Assembly (NCBI GenBank): GCA_036490155.1
Contig: DASXEK010000040.1
Span: 8,463 to 72,462, forward strand
DNA length: 64,000 nucleotides
Source: Acidimicrobiales bacterium
GTDB lineage: Bacteria; Actinomycetota; Acidimicrobiia; Acidimicrobiales; RAAP-2
Direction of reading: 5' to 3'
In this document: positions 54,443 through 64,000 of the stretch, one piece after another
Numbering within the stretch: position 1 is the stretch's first letter
Layout: each line of letters opens with the position of its first letter
Notes under the pieces: model-generated
What the model was told of the DNA's origin: nothing
Databases searched by the model: none
Seen by the model: only the letters and a program-made list of their open reading frames with translations
Translations under genes and position numbers: made by a program

Positions 54443-55444
54443 ATGGACACCGCCGCTGCTCTCCGCACTCAGCCCGACCAGCCCGACGCGGGGCGTCGCG
54501 CCGCCCACGCCGGTGCCTCGGTGACCGCCCTGGTCAGGCCCGTCGAGCACCCGCTCGGACACCTGGACCTGCTCGAGTCCCTGGCCATCTTCATCATCCG
54601 CGAGGTAGCCGCAGAGTCCGAACGACCGGTCCTCCTCTTCAGCGGCGGGAAGGACTCGGCGGTCCTCCTTCACCTGGCCTCGAAGGCCTTCAAGCCGGGC
54701 GCGATCCCCTTCCCGGTGCTGCACGTCGACACGGGCCACAACTTCGCCGAGGTCCTCGACTACCGGGACGCGCAGGTCGAGGCGGAAGGCGCCCGGCTCC
54801 TCGTCGCCAAGGTGCAGGACTCCATCGACCAGGGCCGCGTGGCCGACCCCGGACCCGGTGCCTCGCGCAACCGCCTGCAGACCACGACCCTGCTCGATGC
54901 CATCACCGCCAACGGGTTCGACGCCGCCTTCGGCGGCGCCCGCCGAGACGAGGACAAGGCGCGCGCCAAGGAGCGCGTGCTGTCGTTCCGCGACTCGTTC
55001 GGGCAATGGGACCCCAAGCGCCAGCGTCCCGAGCTGTGGCAGCTGTACCAGGGCACCGTGCGTCCGGGTGAGCACCTGCGCGCCTTCCCGCTCTCGGACT
55101 GGACCGAGCTCGACATCTGGCAGTACATCTGGCGCGAGCGGATCGAGCTGCCGTCGATCTACTACGCCCACGAGCGCGAGGTGGTCGAGCGCGACGGCAT
55201 GCTGCTCGCACTCAGCGAATGGGTGACGCCGCAGGACGGCGAGGAGGCCCGCAAGGAGACGGTTCGCTTCCGCACCGTCGGTGACGCGACGTGCACCGGG
55301 GCCGTGCGCTCCGAGGCGGACACGGTCGAGGAGATCATCCGCGAGGTGTCGTCCTCCCGGATTTCCGAGCGCGGGGCCACCCGCGCCGACGACCGGTTCT
55401 CCGAGACGGCCATGGAAGACCGCAAGCGCGAGGGTTACTTCTAG
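54443..55444 (+). CDS. cysD: Sulfate adenylyltransferase subunit 2
   Basis: PVLLFSGGKDSAVLLHL PP-loop, and a C-terminus ending EDRKREGYF. GAAGAGG RBS before ATG 54443. Confidence 0.9.
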   Translation: MDTAAALRTQPDQPDAGRRAAHAGASVTALVRPVEHPLGHLDLLESLAIFIIREVAAESERPVLLFSGGKDSAVLLHLASKAFKPGAIPFPVLHVDTGHNFAEVLDYRDAQVEAEGARLLVAKVQDSIDQGRVADPGPGASRNRLQTTTLLDAITANGFDAAFGGARRDEDKARAKERVLSFRDSFGQWDPKRQRPELWQLYQGTVRPGEHLRAFPLSDWTELDIWQYIWRERIELPSIYYAHEREVVERDGMLLALSEWVTPQDGEEARKETVRFRTVGDATCTGAVRSEADTVEEIIREVSSSRISERGATRADDRFSETAMEDRKREGYF

Positions 55445-55448
55445 GCCG

Positions 55449-56768
55449 ATGACGACGTTGCCCGGCTCCCCGCCGGCGGGCGGGACCGAGCTCGGCATGG
55501 ACACCATGGATCTGCTTCGCTTTGCCACCGTCGGCTCGGTCGATGACGGCAAGAGCACCCTCATCGGCCGGCTGCTCTACGACACACGACAGCTCTTCGA
55601 CGATCAGGTCACCGCGATCGAGACGGCCTCTGAACGCCGGGGCCTCGGCGAGGTCGACCTGTCGTTCGTCACCGACGGCTTGCGGGCCGAGCGCGAGCAG
55701 GGCATCACGATCGACGTCGCGTACCGTTACGCGGCCACGCCGCACCGCAAGTTCGTCATCGCCGACTGCCCGGGGCACGTGCAGTACACGCGCAACATGG
55801 CCACCGGCGCCTCGACGGCCGACCTGGCGCTCGTCCTCGTCGATGCGACCTCGGGCCTGCGGGAGCAGTCCCGCCGGCACATCTGCATCACCGCGCTTCT
55901 CGGCGTCGACCAGCTCGTCGTGTGTGCCAACAAGATGGACCTGGTCGGCTGGGACCGTTCCGCCTACCAGCGGATCGTCGACGAGATGGAGGCGTTGGCG
56001 CACCGGCTCGGCGTCTCGTCGTGCATCGTGATCCCCGTCTCCGCCCTCAACGGCGACAACGTGGTGACGCGCTCCGAGGCAGCGCCGTGGTACGACGGGC
56101 CCACGGTGCTCGACGCCCTCGAGTCAGCCCAGGCGGGCGGGTGGGCGGCGCAGCACGGCCTGCACCATGGGAGCGGCGCCCGGCTGCCGGTCCAGTGGGT
56201 GCTCCGCCAGCCCGGGGGCGGCCGGAGCTACGCCGGCATGGTCAACGGCGGGCCGTTGCGCGTCGGCGACCACGTCACCGTGCTCCCCGGTGGTGCGCAG
56301 ACGACCGTCCGCGGGATCGACACCGCGGACGGGCCGCTGCAGCGCGCCGAGGTCGGCCTGTCGGTCTCGGTCCGGCTGGCCGACCACCTCGACGTCTCGC
56401 GCGGCGACCTCATCGCGGCGGCCGAGGACCCGCCCGAGGTCACCGACACGTTCGAGGCTACGGTCTGCTGGTTCCAGGAACGGCCGCTGAAGGCGGGCGA
56501 CCGCCTGCGGCTGAAGCACACGACGCGCGTGACCCCGGTCGTCGTCGAGAGCGTCACCGGCTTGTTCGACGTGAACGAGCTGCGCGTGATCGAGGCGGAC
56601 GAGCTGCGCGAGAACGACATCGGCGTGGTGCGGTTGCACACCGCCATGCCGCTCGCGGTGGACACCTACGCCGCGGACCGCATCACGGGGAGCTTCGTCC
56701 TCATTGACGAGCAGACCTTCGCAACGATCGCGGCGGGCATGGTCGGGCCGCCGCGTTTGCATGACTGA
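55449..56768 (+). CDS. cysN: Sulfate adenylyltransferase subunit 1 (GTPase), without a fused APS kinase domain
   Basis: GSVDDGKSTLIGRLL, DCPGHVQYTRNM and NKMD. At 439 aa it ends before any CysC domain. Confidence 0.9.
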   Translation: MTTLPGSPPAGGTELGMDTMDLLRFATVGSVDDGKSTLIGRLLYDTRQLFDDQVTAIETASERRGLGEVDLSFVTDGLRAEREQGITIDVAYRYAATPHRKFVIADCPGHVQYTRNMATGASTADLALVLVDATSGLREQSRRHICITALLGVDQLVVCANKMDLVGWDRSAYQRIVDEMEALAHRLGVSSCIVIPVSALNGDNVVTRSEAAPWYDGPTVLDALESAQAGGWAAQHGLHHGSGARLPVQWVLRQPGGGRSYAGMVNGGPLRVGDHVTVLPGGAQTTVRGIDTADGPLQRAEVGLSVSVRLADHLDVSRGDLIAAAEDPPEVTDTFEATVCWFQERPLKAGDRLRLKHTTRVTPVVVESVTGLFDVNELRVIEADELRENDIGVVRLHTAMPLAVDTYAADRITGSFVLIDEQTFATIAAGMVGPPRLHD

Positions 56769-57405
56769 CCCGGCGCCGCCGACGACTTCGTACTACCCGG
56801 TCTCCCTCGACGTGACCGGCCGCGCCTGCCTGGTGGTCGGCGGCGGGCCCGTGGCAGCTCGCAAGGCGCGCACCCTGGTCGAATGCGGCGCCGCCGTGAC
56901 CGTGCTCGCGCCGTCGCTCAGCGACGAGATGGAAGCGCTCGCGGGCCGGCTCGAGCAGGTCGAGCGGCGCGCCTACGCCGACGGCGACGCTGCCCGGTTC
57001 CGCCTCGTGGTCACCGCGACCGGCCGGCCCGAGGTCGACGGCGCCGTGCACGCGGACGCTGAGACGGCGGGGGTGTGGGTGAACAGTGCCGACGACCGCG
57101 CCCACTCCTCCTTCATCCTCCCGGCGGTGCACCGCGACGGTCCGGTGACCGTGGCGGTCTCGACCAGCGGCCTCAGCCCAGCGCTCTCGTCTTGGCTGCG
57201 CGACCGCCTGGCCGCCGAGTGCGGCGAGGGTGCGGGCGCCGTGGCCCAGTTGTTCGGCGAGGCGCGTGAGCGTCTCCGGCTCGCCGGGCGGCGGAGCGAC
57301 ACCGTCGACTGGGCGGCGTTGCTCGACGGCCCGCTCCTCGAGCTCGTGCGCGCCGGCGACTTGGACAACGCACGAAAAATTCTCGAGGCCGCCACAACCG
57401 AGTAA
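56761..57405 (+). CDS. Precorrin-2 dehydrogenase / sirohydrochlorin ferrochelatase (CysG N-domain, SirC/Met8-like)
   Basis: YYPVSLDVTGRACLVVGGGPVAARKARTLVECGAAVTVLAP. The ATG overlaps the cysN stop. Confidence 0.75.
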   Translation: MTDPAPPTTSYYPVSLDVTGRACLVVGGGPVAARKARTLVECGAAVTVLAPSLSDEMEALAGRLEQVERRAYADGDAARFRLVVTATGRPEVDGAVHADAETAGVWVNSADDRAHSSFILPAVHRDGPVTVAVSTSGLSPALSSWLRDRLAAECGEGAGAVAQLFGEARERLRLAGRRSDTVDWAALLDGPLLELVRAGDLDNARKILEAATTE

Positions 57406-57447
57406 GCGGGCCGATCGTCGGCCCGCTCCGGCGACGGACCGCTGCGC

Positions 57448-57957
57448 CTAAGGCTGGGCGACCATCAGCACGGTGGCGGCGAGGAGGAGGAGCAGGGCGC
57501 CGACGGCGGCCCGTTCCATGCGGGCGGCCTCGGCCGCGATCAGCTCGGTCGCGGCGGCATCGCCGGGTCCGGCGGCCGGGGCCCCGACCGCCGCCAGTGC
57601 GTCTTGGAGGCGGCGCTCGGAGGGCCACAGGACACCCTCGCCCAAGAGCGCGACCGCGGCGAAGAGGGCCAGGCCGCCCAGGACCCAGCCGTCGCCCAGG
57701 GCGTAGGCGCCCTGGCTCATGGCGATCAGCGCAAACCCGAACACGGGGATCCCGTAGATGGTCCGGCCGGCCCAGTTGACGCCTGGCCGGAAGTAGCGGC
57801 GCAGCGGCTCGGGCAGCGGGGCGGCCGTGCGCACGACGCGCCCCAGACGGCGGGCGGTGGCCGCCGCGGTGGCGACGGTCACGATGCCGACCACGGCGCA
57901 GCCGACATGGAGCAGCAAGACGACGTCGAAAGCCGCACCGCTCGGCTGGTTGTGCAT
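57448..57957 (-). CDS. Hypothetical membrane protein (4 TM)
   Basis: C-terminal 169 aa of track ORF 57448..59322. The upstream part is antisense to galT. Confidence 0.45.
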   Translation of the reverse strand: MHNQPSGAAFDVVLLLHVGCAVVGIVTVATAAATARRLGRVVRTAAPLPEPLRRYFRPGVNWAGRTIYGIPVFGFALIAMSQGAYALGDGWVLGGLALFAAVALLGEGVLWPSERRLQDALAAVGAPAAGPGDAAATELIAAEAARMERAAVGALLLLLAATVLMVAQP

Positions 57958-58125
57958 GCCCGACCAGTTCTCCCTTGCCCGCGCCCACCGGGGCCGACAC
58001 TCCGGCGACGGCCCCGCGACGGTGGTGCCGGCGCGGGCATCGAAACCTGTACCGTAGAGGGACGAGAAGAGTATGAGGCTATTTGCGATGTCGGACATCC
58101 AGGCGGCGCCCAAGAGCGCGCACTC

Positions 58126-59115
58126 ATGAACCAGCTGCGCCTCGATCCGTTGTCGGGCCGCTGGGTCGTCGTGAGCCCGGGCCGCTCTGAGCGGCCGTAC
58201 GACTTCGTCACCCGTTCGCCCGAGCCCGCCGACCCGCTGGGCCGGCCGTGCCCCTTCTGCCCGGGCAACGAAGAGGACACCCCGCCGGCGCTCGAGACCT
58301 ACGGCCCGACGGGGCGCTGGCTCGTCCGGGTGGTTCCCAACCTGTATCCCGCCTTTGAGGGTGACGAGCCGTTCGTGGTGGCCAACCGCGGCCCCGTGTT
58401 CACCCAGGCCACCGCCGGCGGGATCCACGAGGTCCTGATCTTCTCCCCCGAGCACGACGCCACCCTGGGCGAGCTCAGCCGGGAGCAGGTCGAGCTCGTG
58501 ATGGCCGCGTTGCGCGACCGCCTCGAGGAGCACGCCTCCCAACCCAACCTCCGCTACACCCAGGCGATCGTCAACTCGGGGCGCGAGGCCGGGGCGTCGC
58601 TCGAGCACCCGCACGGTCAGTTGCTCGGGATGTCCTTCATCCCCCGCGAGCTGGCGGAGGAGCAGGCGCGCTTCGCCCGCTTCGTCGGGTCCTGCCTGTT
58701 GTGCACCACGATCGAGGCGGAAGAGGACTCTGGCTCGCGCGTCATTTACGCCAGCGACCGCGTCGTCGTGGTCACGCCGTTCTGGAGCGCGGTCCCCTAC
58801 GAGATGCTGGTGATGCCACGCGAGCACAACCCGCACCTCCACCGCAGCCCGACCGAGGACCTCATCGCCGTCGGCGAGGCGCTGCGCCAGGTCCTGCTGC
58901 GCCTGCGTGAGACGGTGGGCGACGTCGCCTACAACGTCGTGTTCCACTCGGCGCCGTACCGCGTGGGTGAGCCGTACCACTGGCACGCCCACATCTGGCC
59001 GAAGGCGACGACCACCGCGGGGTTCGAGTTGGGGACCGGCGTGGCGATCAACGTCATTTCGCCCGAGGAGGCGGCCGAGACCCTGAAGGTCCCGGCGTCG
59101 GCGCTGGCCGTTTAG
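58126..59115 (+). CDS. galT: Galactose-1-phosphate uridylyltransferase (HIT superfamily)
   Basis: CPFCPGNE zinc motif and the active-site HPHGQL. Confidence 0.85.
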   Translation: MNQLRLDPLSGRWVVVSPGRSERPYDFVTRSPEPADPLGRPCPFCPGNEEDTPPALETYGPTGRWLVRVVPNLYPAFEGDEPFVVANRGPVFTQATAGGIHEVLIFSPEHDATLGELSREQVELVMAALRDRLEEHASQPNLRYTQAIVNSGREAGASLEHPHGQLLGMSFIPRELAEEQARFARFVGSCLLCTTIEAEEDSGSRVIYASDRVVVVTPFWSAVPYEMLVMPREHNPHLHRSPTEDLIAVGEALRQVLLRLRETVGDVAYNVVFHSAPYRVGEPYHWHAHIWPKATTTAGFELGTGVAINVISPEEAAETLKVPASALAV

Positions 59116-59425
59116 GGCCCCTCCCCCGGGCAGCCAGAGGGTCCGGGGTCCAGGGCGCACTCGACACTGAAGCCGCCTGAGTGTCCCCCGGGCCGGATGC
59201 CGTGCGTCCCTCGCGAGTGCCTTGGCGGTGCCGGTCAAGCTTCTGTTGTTTCTTGAACGATGGCGTTCACGCCTGGAACGCAGAGGTTCCAGATCCGCCA
59301 GAAACTTGAACCCCCACGCCAATGCAGTCGAAGGTGGGGCGCCTGACCGAGCGCGACGAACTTGGCACCGAAACAGCCACGTCGAGTCCAGAGCTCGGCC
59401 AAGGCTGGGCTGGGCTGCCCGCCGC

Positions 59426-60667
59426 TCAGTCGGCGCGCACCGAGCGGACCAGCTCGAGGAACGACACCAGCCGCCGGACCAGGTCGCGGTCCGGCCCCAC
59501 GAGCCCGCCGATGCCCGGGGTGCTCAGGTAGCCGCTCATGAAGGCGCGGCGGTTTCGCGTCTCCCAGGCTTGGCCCAGCGGCTCGAGCCCGAGGCGCCCC
59601 GCCGGGTCGCGCTCGGCCGCCGCGGTCGTACTCGCTCGATGGAACGACCACAGCATGTCGGCCACGTCGCCCAGCGGGGAGCGCCGTCCCGGCACCGAGT
59701 CCCCGGCCAGCACCCCACCCGGGCGGCAGTCGCTGAGCACCCACCCCTGGTCGGTACGCGCCGTCCGCTCGAGTTGGAGGTCGCCGTGGGTGCGCAGTAC
59801 GGGGAGCCGCCCCTCGAACTCGCGGAGGTACTTCACGAGCTCGCTCACCCCAGGCGCCTCGAGTAGCGCTGCGTCCGCCGCCGCCACGGTCGCCTCCGCG
59901 GCGTCGACCCAGTCGACGACCCGCTCGTGGTGGCGCAGGAAGGCGCGGTCGAGGGCGACATGCAGCCGTGCCGTCATGATGCCCAGCGCCCGCGCCTCGG
60001 CGCCGAAGTCGCCGCCCGCCGCTTCGGGGACGCCGCCCGAGGCGTAGAAGTCGCGCAGCGAGGTGAGCGCGAGCGCCCAGCCGCCCGAGCGGTCGGCCAG
60101 CGGCTCTTGCACCACGCCCAGGTCGCGCCCGTCGACGACCCAGCGCACCAGCGGGGCCGCCACGTGATTGAAGCCCACCTCTTCGAGCGCCATCATGAAG
60201 TCGACGTCGGGCCGGGGCGTGTCGGAGAGCCACGGGAACACCATGAGGTCGCCGCGGTCGCCGCAGTCGAGGACCGTGGCGTCGCCGTCCTCGCGCACCA
60301 CCGCGACCGGCCCCGGGCGCGGTTCGGTGCCACGGACCGTCGCCAGGAGCAGCGGCGCCAGTTGCGCGTCGCGCAGGGCGTCGGTGCAGACGGCGAGCCC
60401 GTCGGGATCGTCGAGCAGGCCGAGCGCGGCCTCCTCGCCCGAGCGCAGGAAGTGCTGCTCGTCGGCGACCCCGCGCAGGCCGACGACGAAGTGGGCCAGG
60501 CGACCCTCCACCTCGGCGATGACGTCGAGCAGGCCGGGCCGTCCGGCGCGCAGGACCTCGGCGCGCACGATGACCGGCGGCGTCTCCGGCGCGACCTGGC
60601 GCAGTCCCAGCCACGCCTCGGTCAGCGTGCGCAGTGCCTGGTCGCGCAAGTCGCGCTCTTCGCTCAT
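59426..60667 (-). CDS. mak: Maltokinase (aminoglycoside-phosphotransferase-like)
   Basis: It lies immediately downstream of treS with an ATGA overlap. Kinase-like C-terminal half (LRTHGDLQLERT). Confidence 0.7.
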   Translation of the reverse strand: MSEERDLRDQALRTLTEAWLGLRQVAPETPPVIVRAEVLRAGRPGLLDVIAEVEGRLAHFVVGLRGVADEQHFLRSGEEAALGLLDDPDGLAVCTDALRDAQLAPLLLATVRGTEPRPGPVAVVREDGDATVLDCGDRGDLMVFPWLSDTPRPDVDFMMALEEVGFNHVAAPLVRWVVDGRDLGVVQEPLADRSGGWALALTSLRDFYASGGVPEAAGGDFGAEARALGIMTARLHVALDRAFLRHHERVVDWVDAAEATVAAADAALLEAPGVSELVKYLREFEGRLPVLRTHGDLQLERTARTDQGWVLSDCRPGGVLAGDSVPGRRSPLGDVADMLWSFHRASTTAAAERDPAGRLGLEPLGQAWETRNRRAFMSGYLSTPGIGGLVGPDRDLVRRLVSFLELVRSVRAD

Positions 60668-62505
60668 TCCTGTACCGGTCTCTCTTCGGGCACCAGATCG
60701 AACCACAAGAACCCGTAGGGCGGCAGCGTGATCGTGTACGGCTCCTCGGTGATCATCGGGAACGGCACGCGCCCGAGCACCTCGTAGGGGGTGGAACCGG
60801 CCCACTTGGCCAGCGCCAGCTCGGCCGGCTGGGCGAAGCGGCTGAGGTTGTGGACGCACAGGACGGCCTGGTGCCGGCGCACGACCTCGTCGGCCTCACT
60901 CTCGTTGCCGGCGGGGACGGTGCGCGCCAGCACGGACGAGCGGCCCCAGTCGAGGCCGTCGTCGATCGAGTCGCCGACCGAGGGGCCTTTGGCCGGCGGG
61001 GTGGTCAGGATGTCGGCCACCTCGCCCGAGCGCACGTAGGCCAGGACCGAGGGGTTGGCGCAGGGCAGCACCTCCATCTCGCCCACTCCCATCACCGGGA
61101 GCGCCCGGCGCTCGGTCAGCATGCGCCGCAACCAGTGGAGGAACGACCCTTGGTTGCGCAGCTGCGCCTCCACGTTGAGCGCGGTGAAGCCGTAGACCGG
61201 GTCCATCAACGGCGGCAGGTAGAGCTGCGCGAAGTCCGCCTTCGAGAAGCCGCCGTTGCGGTCGGGCGACCACTGCATTGGTGTGCGCACCGAGTCGCGA
61301 TCACCGAGGTAGATGTTGTCCCCCATCAGCAGCTCGTCGCCGTAGTAGATGACCGGGCTGCCCGGCAGCGAGAGGATCAGGGCGTAGAGGAGCTCGGCCG
61401 TGCGGCGGTCGTTGTCGAGCAGCGGCGCCAGGCGGCGCCCGATACCCATGTGGCGCTTCATGCGCGGGTCCTTGGCGTACTCCGCGATGAGGTAGTCCCG
61501 CTCCTCCTCGCTCACCTGCTCGAGCGTGAGCTCGTCGTGGTTGCGTAGGAAGATGGCCCACTGCGAGGCGCCGTCGATGACCGGGGTCTGCGCCAGGATC
61601 TCGGTGATCGGGTAGCGCTGTTCACGCCGGACCGCCATGAACAGCCGCGGCATCAGCGGGAAGTGGAAGCACAGGTGACACTCGTCGCCGTCGCCGAAGT
61701 AGTCCGCCACGTCGCTCGGCCAGCCGTTCGCTTCGGCCAGGAGGATCCGCCCGGGATAGTCGGCGTCGATCTGCTTACGGATGCGCTTGATGAACGCGTG
61801 CGTCTCGGGCAGGTGCTCGCCCGACGTCCCGTCGCGCTGGTAGAGGTACGGCACCGCATCGAGCCGGAAGCCGTCGAAGCCGAGGTCGAGCCAGAACCGC
61901 ACGAGGTCGATCATCGTGTCGGCGACCTCGGGGTTGTCGTAGTTGAGGTCCGGCTGGTGGTGGTAGAAGCGGTGCCAGTAGTACTGCTGGCGGGTGTCGT
62001 CCCACGTCCAGTTGGACCGCTCGACGTCGGTGAAGACGACCCGGGCGTCGGGCCACTTCTGGTCGTCGTCGTTCCACACGTACCAGTCGGCCTTGGCGTT
62101 GTCGCGCGACGAGCGCGACTCCTTGAACCAGGGGTGCTCGTCGCTCGTGTGGTTCATGACGAGGTCGGCGATGACCCGGATGCCGCGCCGGTGCGCGTCC
62201 TCCAGGAATGCCACCAGGTCGCCGATGCTGCCGTAGTCGGGCGAGACGTTGAAGAAGTCGCTGATGTCGTAGCCGCCGTCGCGCATCGGCGAGGGATAGA
62301 ACGGGAGCAGCCAGATGCAGTCGATGCCGAGCCACTCGATGTAGTCGAGCTTCTCGCGCAGCCCGCGCAGATCACCGGTCCCGTCGTGATTGGCGTCGTT
62401 GTAGCCGCGGATCAGCACCTCGTAGAAGACGGCGTGCTGGAACCAGCGAACCGAAGGGTCGAAGGCGCCCTCGTTCGCGCTGACCGGGATCGGCGGTGAG
62501 CTCAC
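60664..62505 (-). CDS. treS: Trehalose synthase / maltose alpha-D-glucosyltransferase (GH13)
   Basis: WFQHAVFYEVLIRGY, GFDGFRLDAVPYL, ILLAEANGWP and FLRNHDELTLE. Start probably GTG 62505. Confidence 0.9.
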   Translation of the reverse strand: MSSPPIPVSANEGAFDPSVRWFQHAVFYEVLIRGYNDANHDGTGDLRGLREKLDYIEWLGIDCIWLLPFYPSPMRDGGYDISDFFNVSPDYGSIGDLVAFLEDAHRRGIRVIADLVMNHTSDEHPWFKESRSSRDNAKADWYVWNDDDQKWPDARVVFTDVERSNWTWDDTRQQYYWHRFYHHQPDLNYDNPEVADTMIDLVRFWLDLGFDGFRLDAVPYLYQRDGTSGEHLPETHAFIKRIRKQIDADYPGRILLAEANGWPSDVADYFGDGDECHLCFHFPLMPRLFMAVRREQRYPITEILAQTPVIDGASQWAIFLRNHDELTLEQVSEEERDYLIAEYAKDPRMKRHMGIGRRLAPLLDNDRRTAELLYALILSLPGSPVIYYGDELLMGDNIYLGDRDSVRTPMQWSPDRNGGFSKADFAQLYLPPLMDPVYGFTALNVEAQLRNQGSFLHWLRRMLTERRALPVMGVGEMEVLPCANPSVLAYVRSGEVADILTTPPAKGPSVGDSIDDGLDWGRSSVLARTVPAGNESEADEVVRRHQAVLCVHNLSRFAQPAELALAKWAGSTPYEVLGRVPFPMITEEPYTITLPPYGFLWFDLVPEERPVQE

Positions 62506-62509
62506 CCGC

Positions 62510-63301
62510 TCACCGCCCGATGAAGGTGGCTTTGCCCGGGCCGTTCTCGCTGAACGAGCGGATGCCGATGGCCGCGTCCTCCGTGCGGCCGACGGCGGCG
62601 AACGCCTCCTGCTCAATCGCCAGGCCCTCGCGCAGCGTCGTGTCCAGCCCGCGGTCCACCGCGGACTTGGCGAAAGAATGGGACATGACCGCTCCGGCGG
62701 CGAGCTCGGCCGCCCACGCCAGCGCCGCCTCGTGGACGTAGTCGGGCGCCACGACGCGGTTGACGAGCCCGATGGCGAGGGCCTCCTCGGCCCGCACCTG
62801 GCGACCGGTCATGATCAGCTCCTTGGCCCGCGACGACCCGATGAGGCGCGGCAGCCGCTGGGTCCCGCCCCCGCCGGGCATCACGCCCAGCAGCACCTCG
62901 GGCAACCCGAACTTCGAGTCCTCGGCGCAGACGCGGAAGTCGCAGGCGAGCGCGAGCTCGAGCCCGCCCCCCAGGGCGAACCCGTTCACGGCGGCGATGG
63001 TGGCCCGCGGCACCGAGGCCAGCGCGCCGAGGGCGGCGGCAAAGTTCGCGCCCACCGCCTCCGCGCCGATGCCCTCGAGCTCGACGATGTCCGCCCCGGC
63101 GGCGAAGATCCGGCGCCCACCCCACAGCACGACGGCACCGGGCGGATCGTCGTGCAGCGTGGTCGCCGCCGCCTCGAGCTGGCCCAGGACGGCGGCCGAC
63201 AGGGCGTTGGCCTTCGGGCGGTCCAGCCGCACCAGCGCCACGCCATCGGGCTGGCGCTCCACGGTCACGAACGTCTCACTCTCGCTCACGCTCTCGGCCA
63301 T
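62510..63301 (-). CDS. Enoyl-CoA hydratase/isomerase (crotonase) family
   Basis: AAVNGFALGGGLELALACDFRV oxyanion-hole region. Confidence 0.85.
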   Translation of the reverse strand: MAESVSESETFVTVERQPDGVALVRLDRPKANALSAAVLGQLEAAATTLHDDPPGAVVLWGGRRIFAAGADIVELEGIGAEAVGANFAAALGALASVPRATIAAVNGFALGGGLELALACDFRVCAEDSKFGLPEVLLGVMPGGGGTQRLPRLIGSSRAKELIMTGRQVRAEEALAIGLVNRVVAPDYVHEAALAWAAELAAGAVMSHSFAKSAVDRGLDTTLREGLAIEQEAFAAVGRTEDAAIGIRSFSENGPGKATFIGR

Positions 63302-63531
63302 GGCCGAACCGTACCTGACCGGGCGGCCTTTCTGGTCGGGCGACCGCCCGCGACTGCCTATGCCAGAAAGCCGGGCCCTGGTCCGGGTGTATACGAGCTC
63401 GTCCTTATGACTGCAACGAGGCGAAGGCGGATCAGCTCATAACCATAAGAAGAAGCGTGTAGTCACTCAGAGGCGGGTCGAGTGCACGTGCGGTCCATCC
63501 GGCCGGGGGCGGGGTGCAACCTCCGCTGGCG

Positions 63532-64000
63532 TCAGGCGCCCAGCAAGCGATCGGCGGCGTGATACGGGTCGAGCTCGCCCGCCACCAGCGCCTTGACGGC
63601 GGTGGTGAACTCCTCGCTCGCCACCAGCTCGTCGATGTGCACCTCGGTGCGCGCCAACAACACCCGGCGCAGTTCGAGCGCCAGGCGGTCGGCGCGTCGG
63701 GTCGTCAGCTGGCCCGAGGCGAGGAGGTGGGCGCGGTGGCGCGCCATCGCGCCCCAGAGCTCGTCGACGCCCTCGGCCGCGGTGGCCGTCGTGTCGAGGA
63801 TCTCGGGGCGCCACGCGCCGGGACGGGCGAGGTCGAGCATCTGCTCGAGGTCGCGCCGGGCCTCGCGCGCGCCGGGCCGGTCGGCCTTGTTGATCACGAA
63901 GATGTCGGCCACCTCCAACAGCCCGGCCTTGTTGGCCTGCATGGAGTCGCCCCACCCCGGGGTGACGACCACGACCGTCGTGTCGGCCGCCGAGGCGATC
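63532..64000 (-). CDS. meaB: Methylmalonyl-CoA mutase-associated GTPase MeaB/ArgK, C-terminal part (N-terminus outside the window)
   Basis: VVVVTPGWGDSMQANKAGLLEVADIFVINKADRPGA. The frame stays open to the window edge. Confidence 0.8.
   Translation of the reverse strand, partial: IASAADTTVVVVTPGWGDSMQANKAGLLEVADIFVINKADRPGAREARRDLEQMLDLARPGAWRPEILDTTATAAEGVDELWGAMARHRAHLLASGQLTTRRADRLALELRRVLLARTEVHIDELVASEEFTTAVKALVAGELDPYHAADRLLGA

Noticed and set aside
59116-59215. C-rich loops (GCCC-CTCCCCC-GGGC and GTCCCCCGGG) after galT. I considered them as a 6C-type actinobacterial sRNA.
   Set aside because: The stems I can draw are only 3-4 bp. I cannot reproduce the two-hairpin architecture from memory with confidence. 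This needs an Rfam scan before any call.
60664-62616. treS and mak as separate overlapping genes, which are fused in some actinobacteria.
   Set aside because: This is a common and well-known arrangement of the TreS-Mak (GlgE pathway) genes and is not unusual.
1-64000. A search for CRISPR arrays, rRNA genes, IS elements with terminal inverted repeats, and long tandem repeats.
   Set aside because: By eye I found no regularly spaced direct repeats, no rRNA-like conserved blocks and no intact transposase ORFs. A computational repeat scan would be needed to be certain.

Overview
This is a high-G+C chromosomal segment that looks Actinomycetota-like. All calls were made by eye from the ORF translations and the raw sequence; no searches were run.

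Layout, left to right:
1. 0.4-10.6 kb: a complete Tad/Flp pilus locus. It holds two tandem flp genes, a LuxR-type regulator, tadC, tadB, tadA, a cpaE/tadZ-like gene and cpaB, then divergent tadE-like, tadG-like and prepilin peptidase genes.
2. 10.6-20 kb: ordinary metabolic and regulatory genes. These are an NmrA/SDR protein, TetR, a PhyH dioxygenase, an amidase, a PLP DSD1-like enzyme, a PRC-barrel protein, a quinone oxidoreductase and a secreted CocE/NonD-type hydrolase.
3. 20.2-27.6 kb: a MacB/FtsX-type ABC exporter with a peptidoglycan-binding HlyD-like adaptor and two paralogous Cys-containing lipoproteins. It sits divergent from an OmpR/HK two-component system.
4. 28.4-33.3 kb: an ABC-2 exporter with a NarL-type two-component system, followed by satP.
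5. 33.5-48.6 kb: a visibly lower-G+C accessory region anchored on tRNA-Ala(CGC).
   - The left part looks like a degenerate element with no integrase. It carries vapBC and a SnoaL-like/P450/TetR cassette.
   - The right part is a roughly 10.9 kb integrative island flanked by an 18-bp direct repeat, one copy in the full tRNA and one in a displaced tRNA 3' half. It carries a four-gene type I Wadjet-like jetABCD operon, an AbiEi/AbiEii pair and a tyrosine integrase.
6. 48.6-64 kb: core genes. These are cysH-sir followed by an FrhB/FpoF-like gene translationally coupled to sulfite reductase, then divergent cysD-cysN-sirC, galT, treS-mak, a crotonase and partial meaB.

The most interesting items are the Wadjet + AbiE island and its repeat architecture, and the FrhB-like/sulfite reductase coupling. 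The six-frame track contains many long Arg/Pro/Gly-rich shadow ORFs typical of high-G+C DNA; these were not called.
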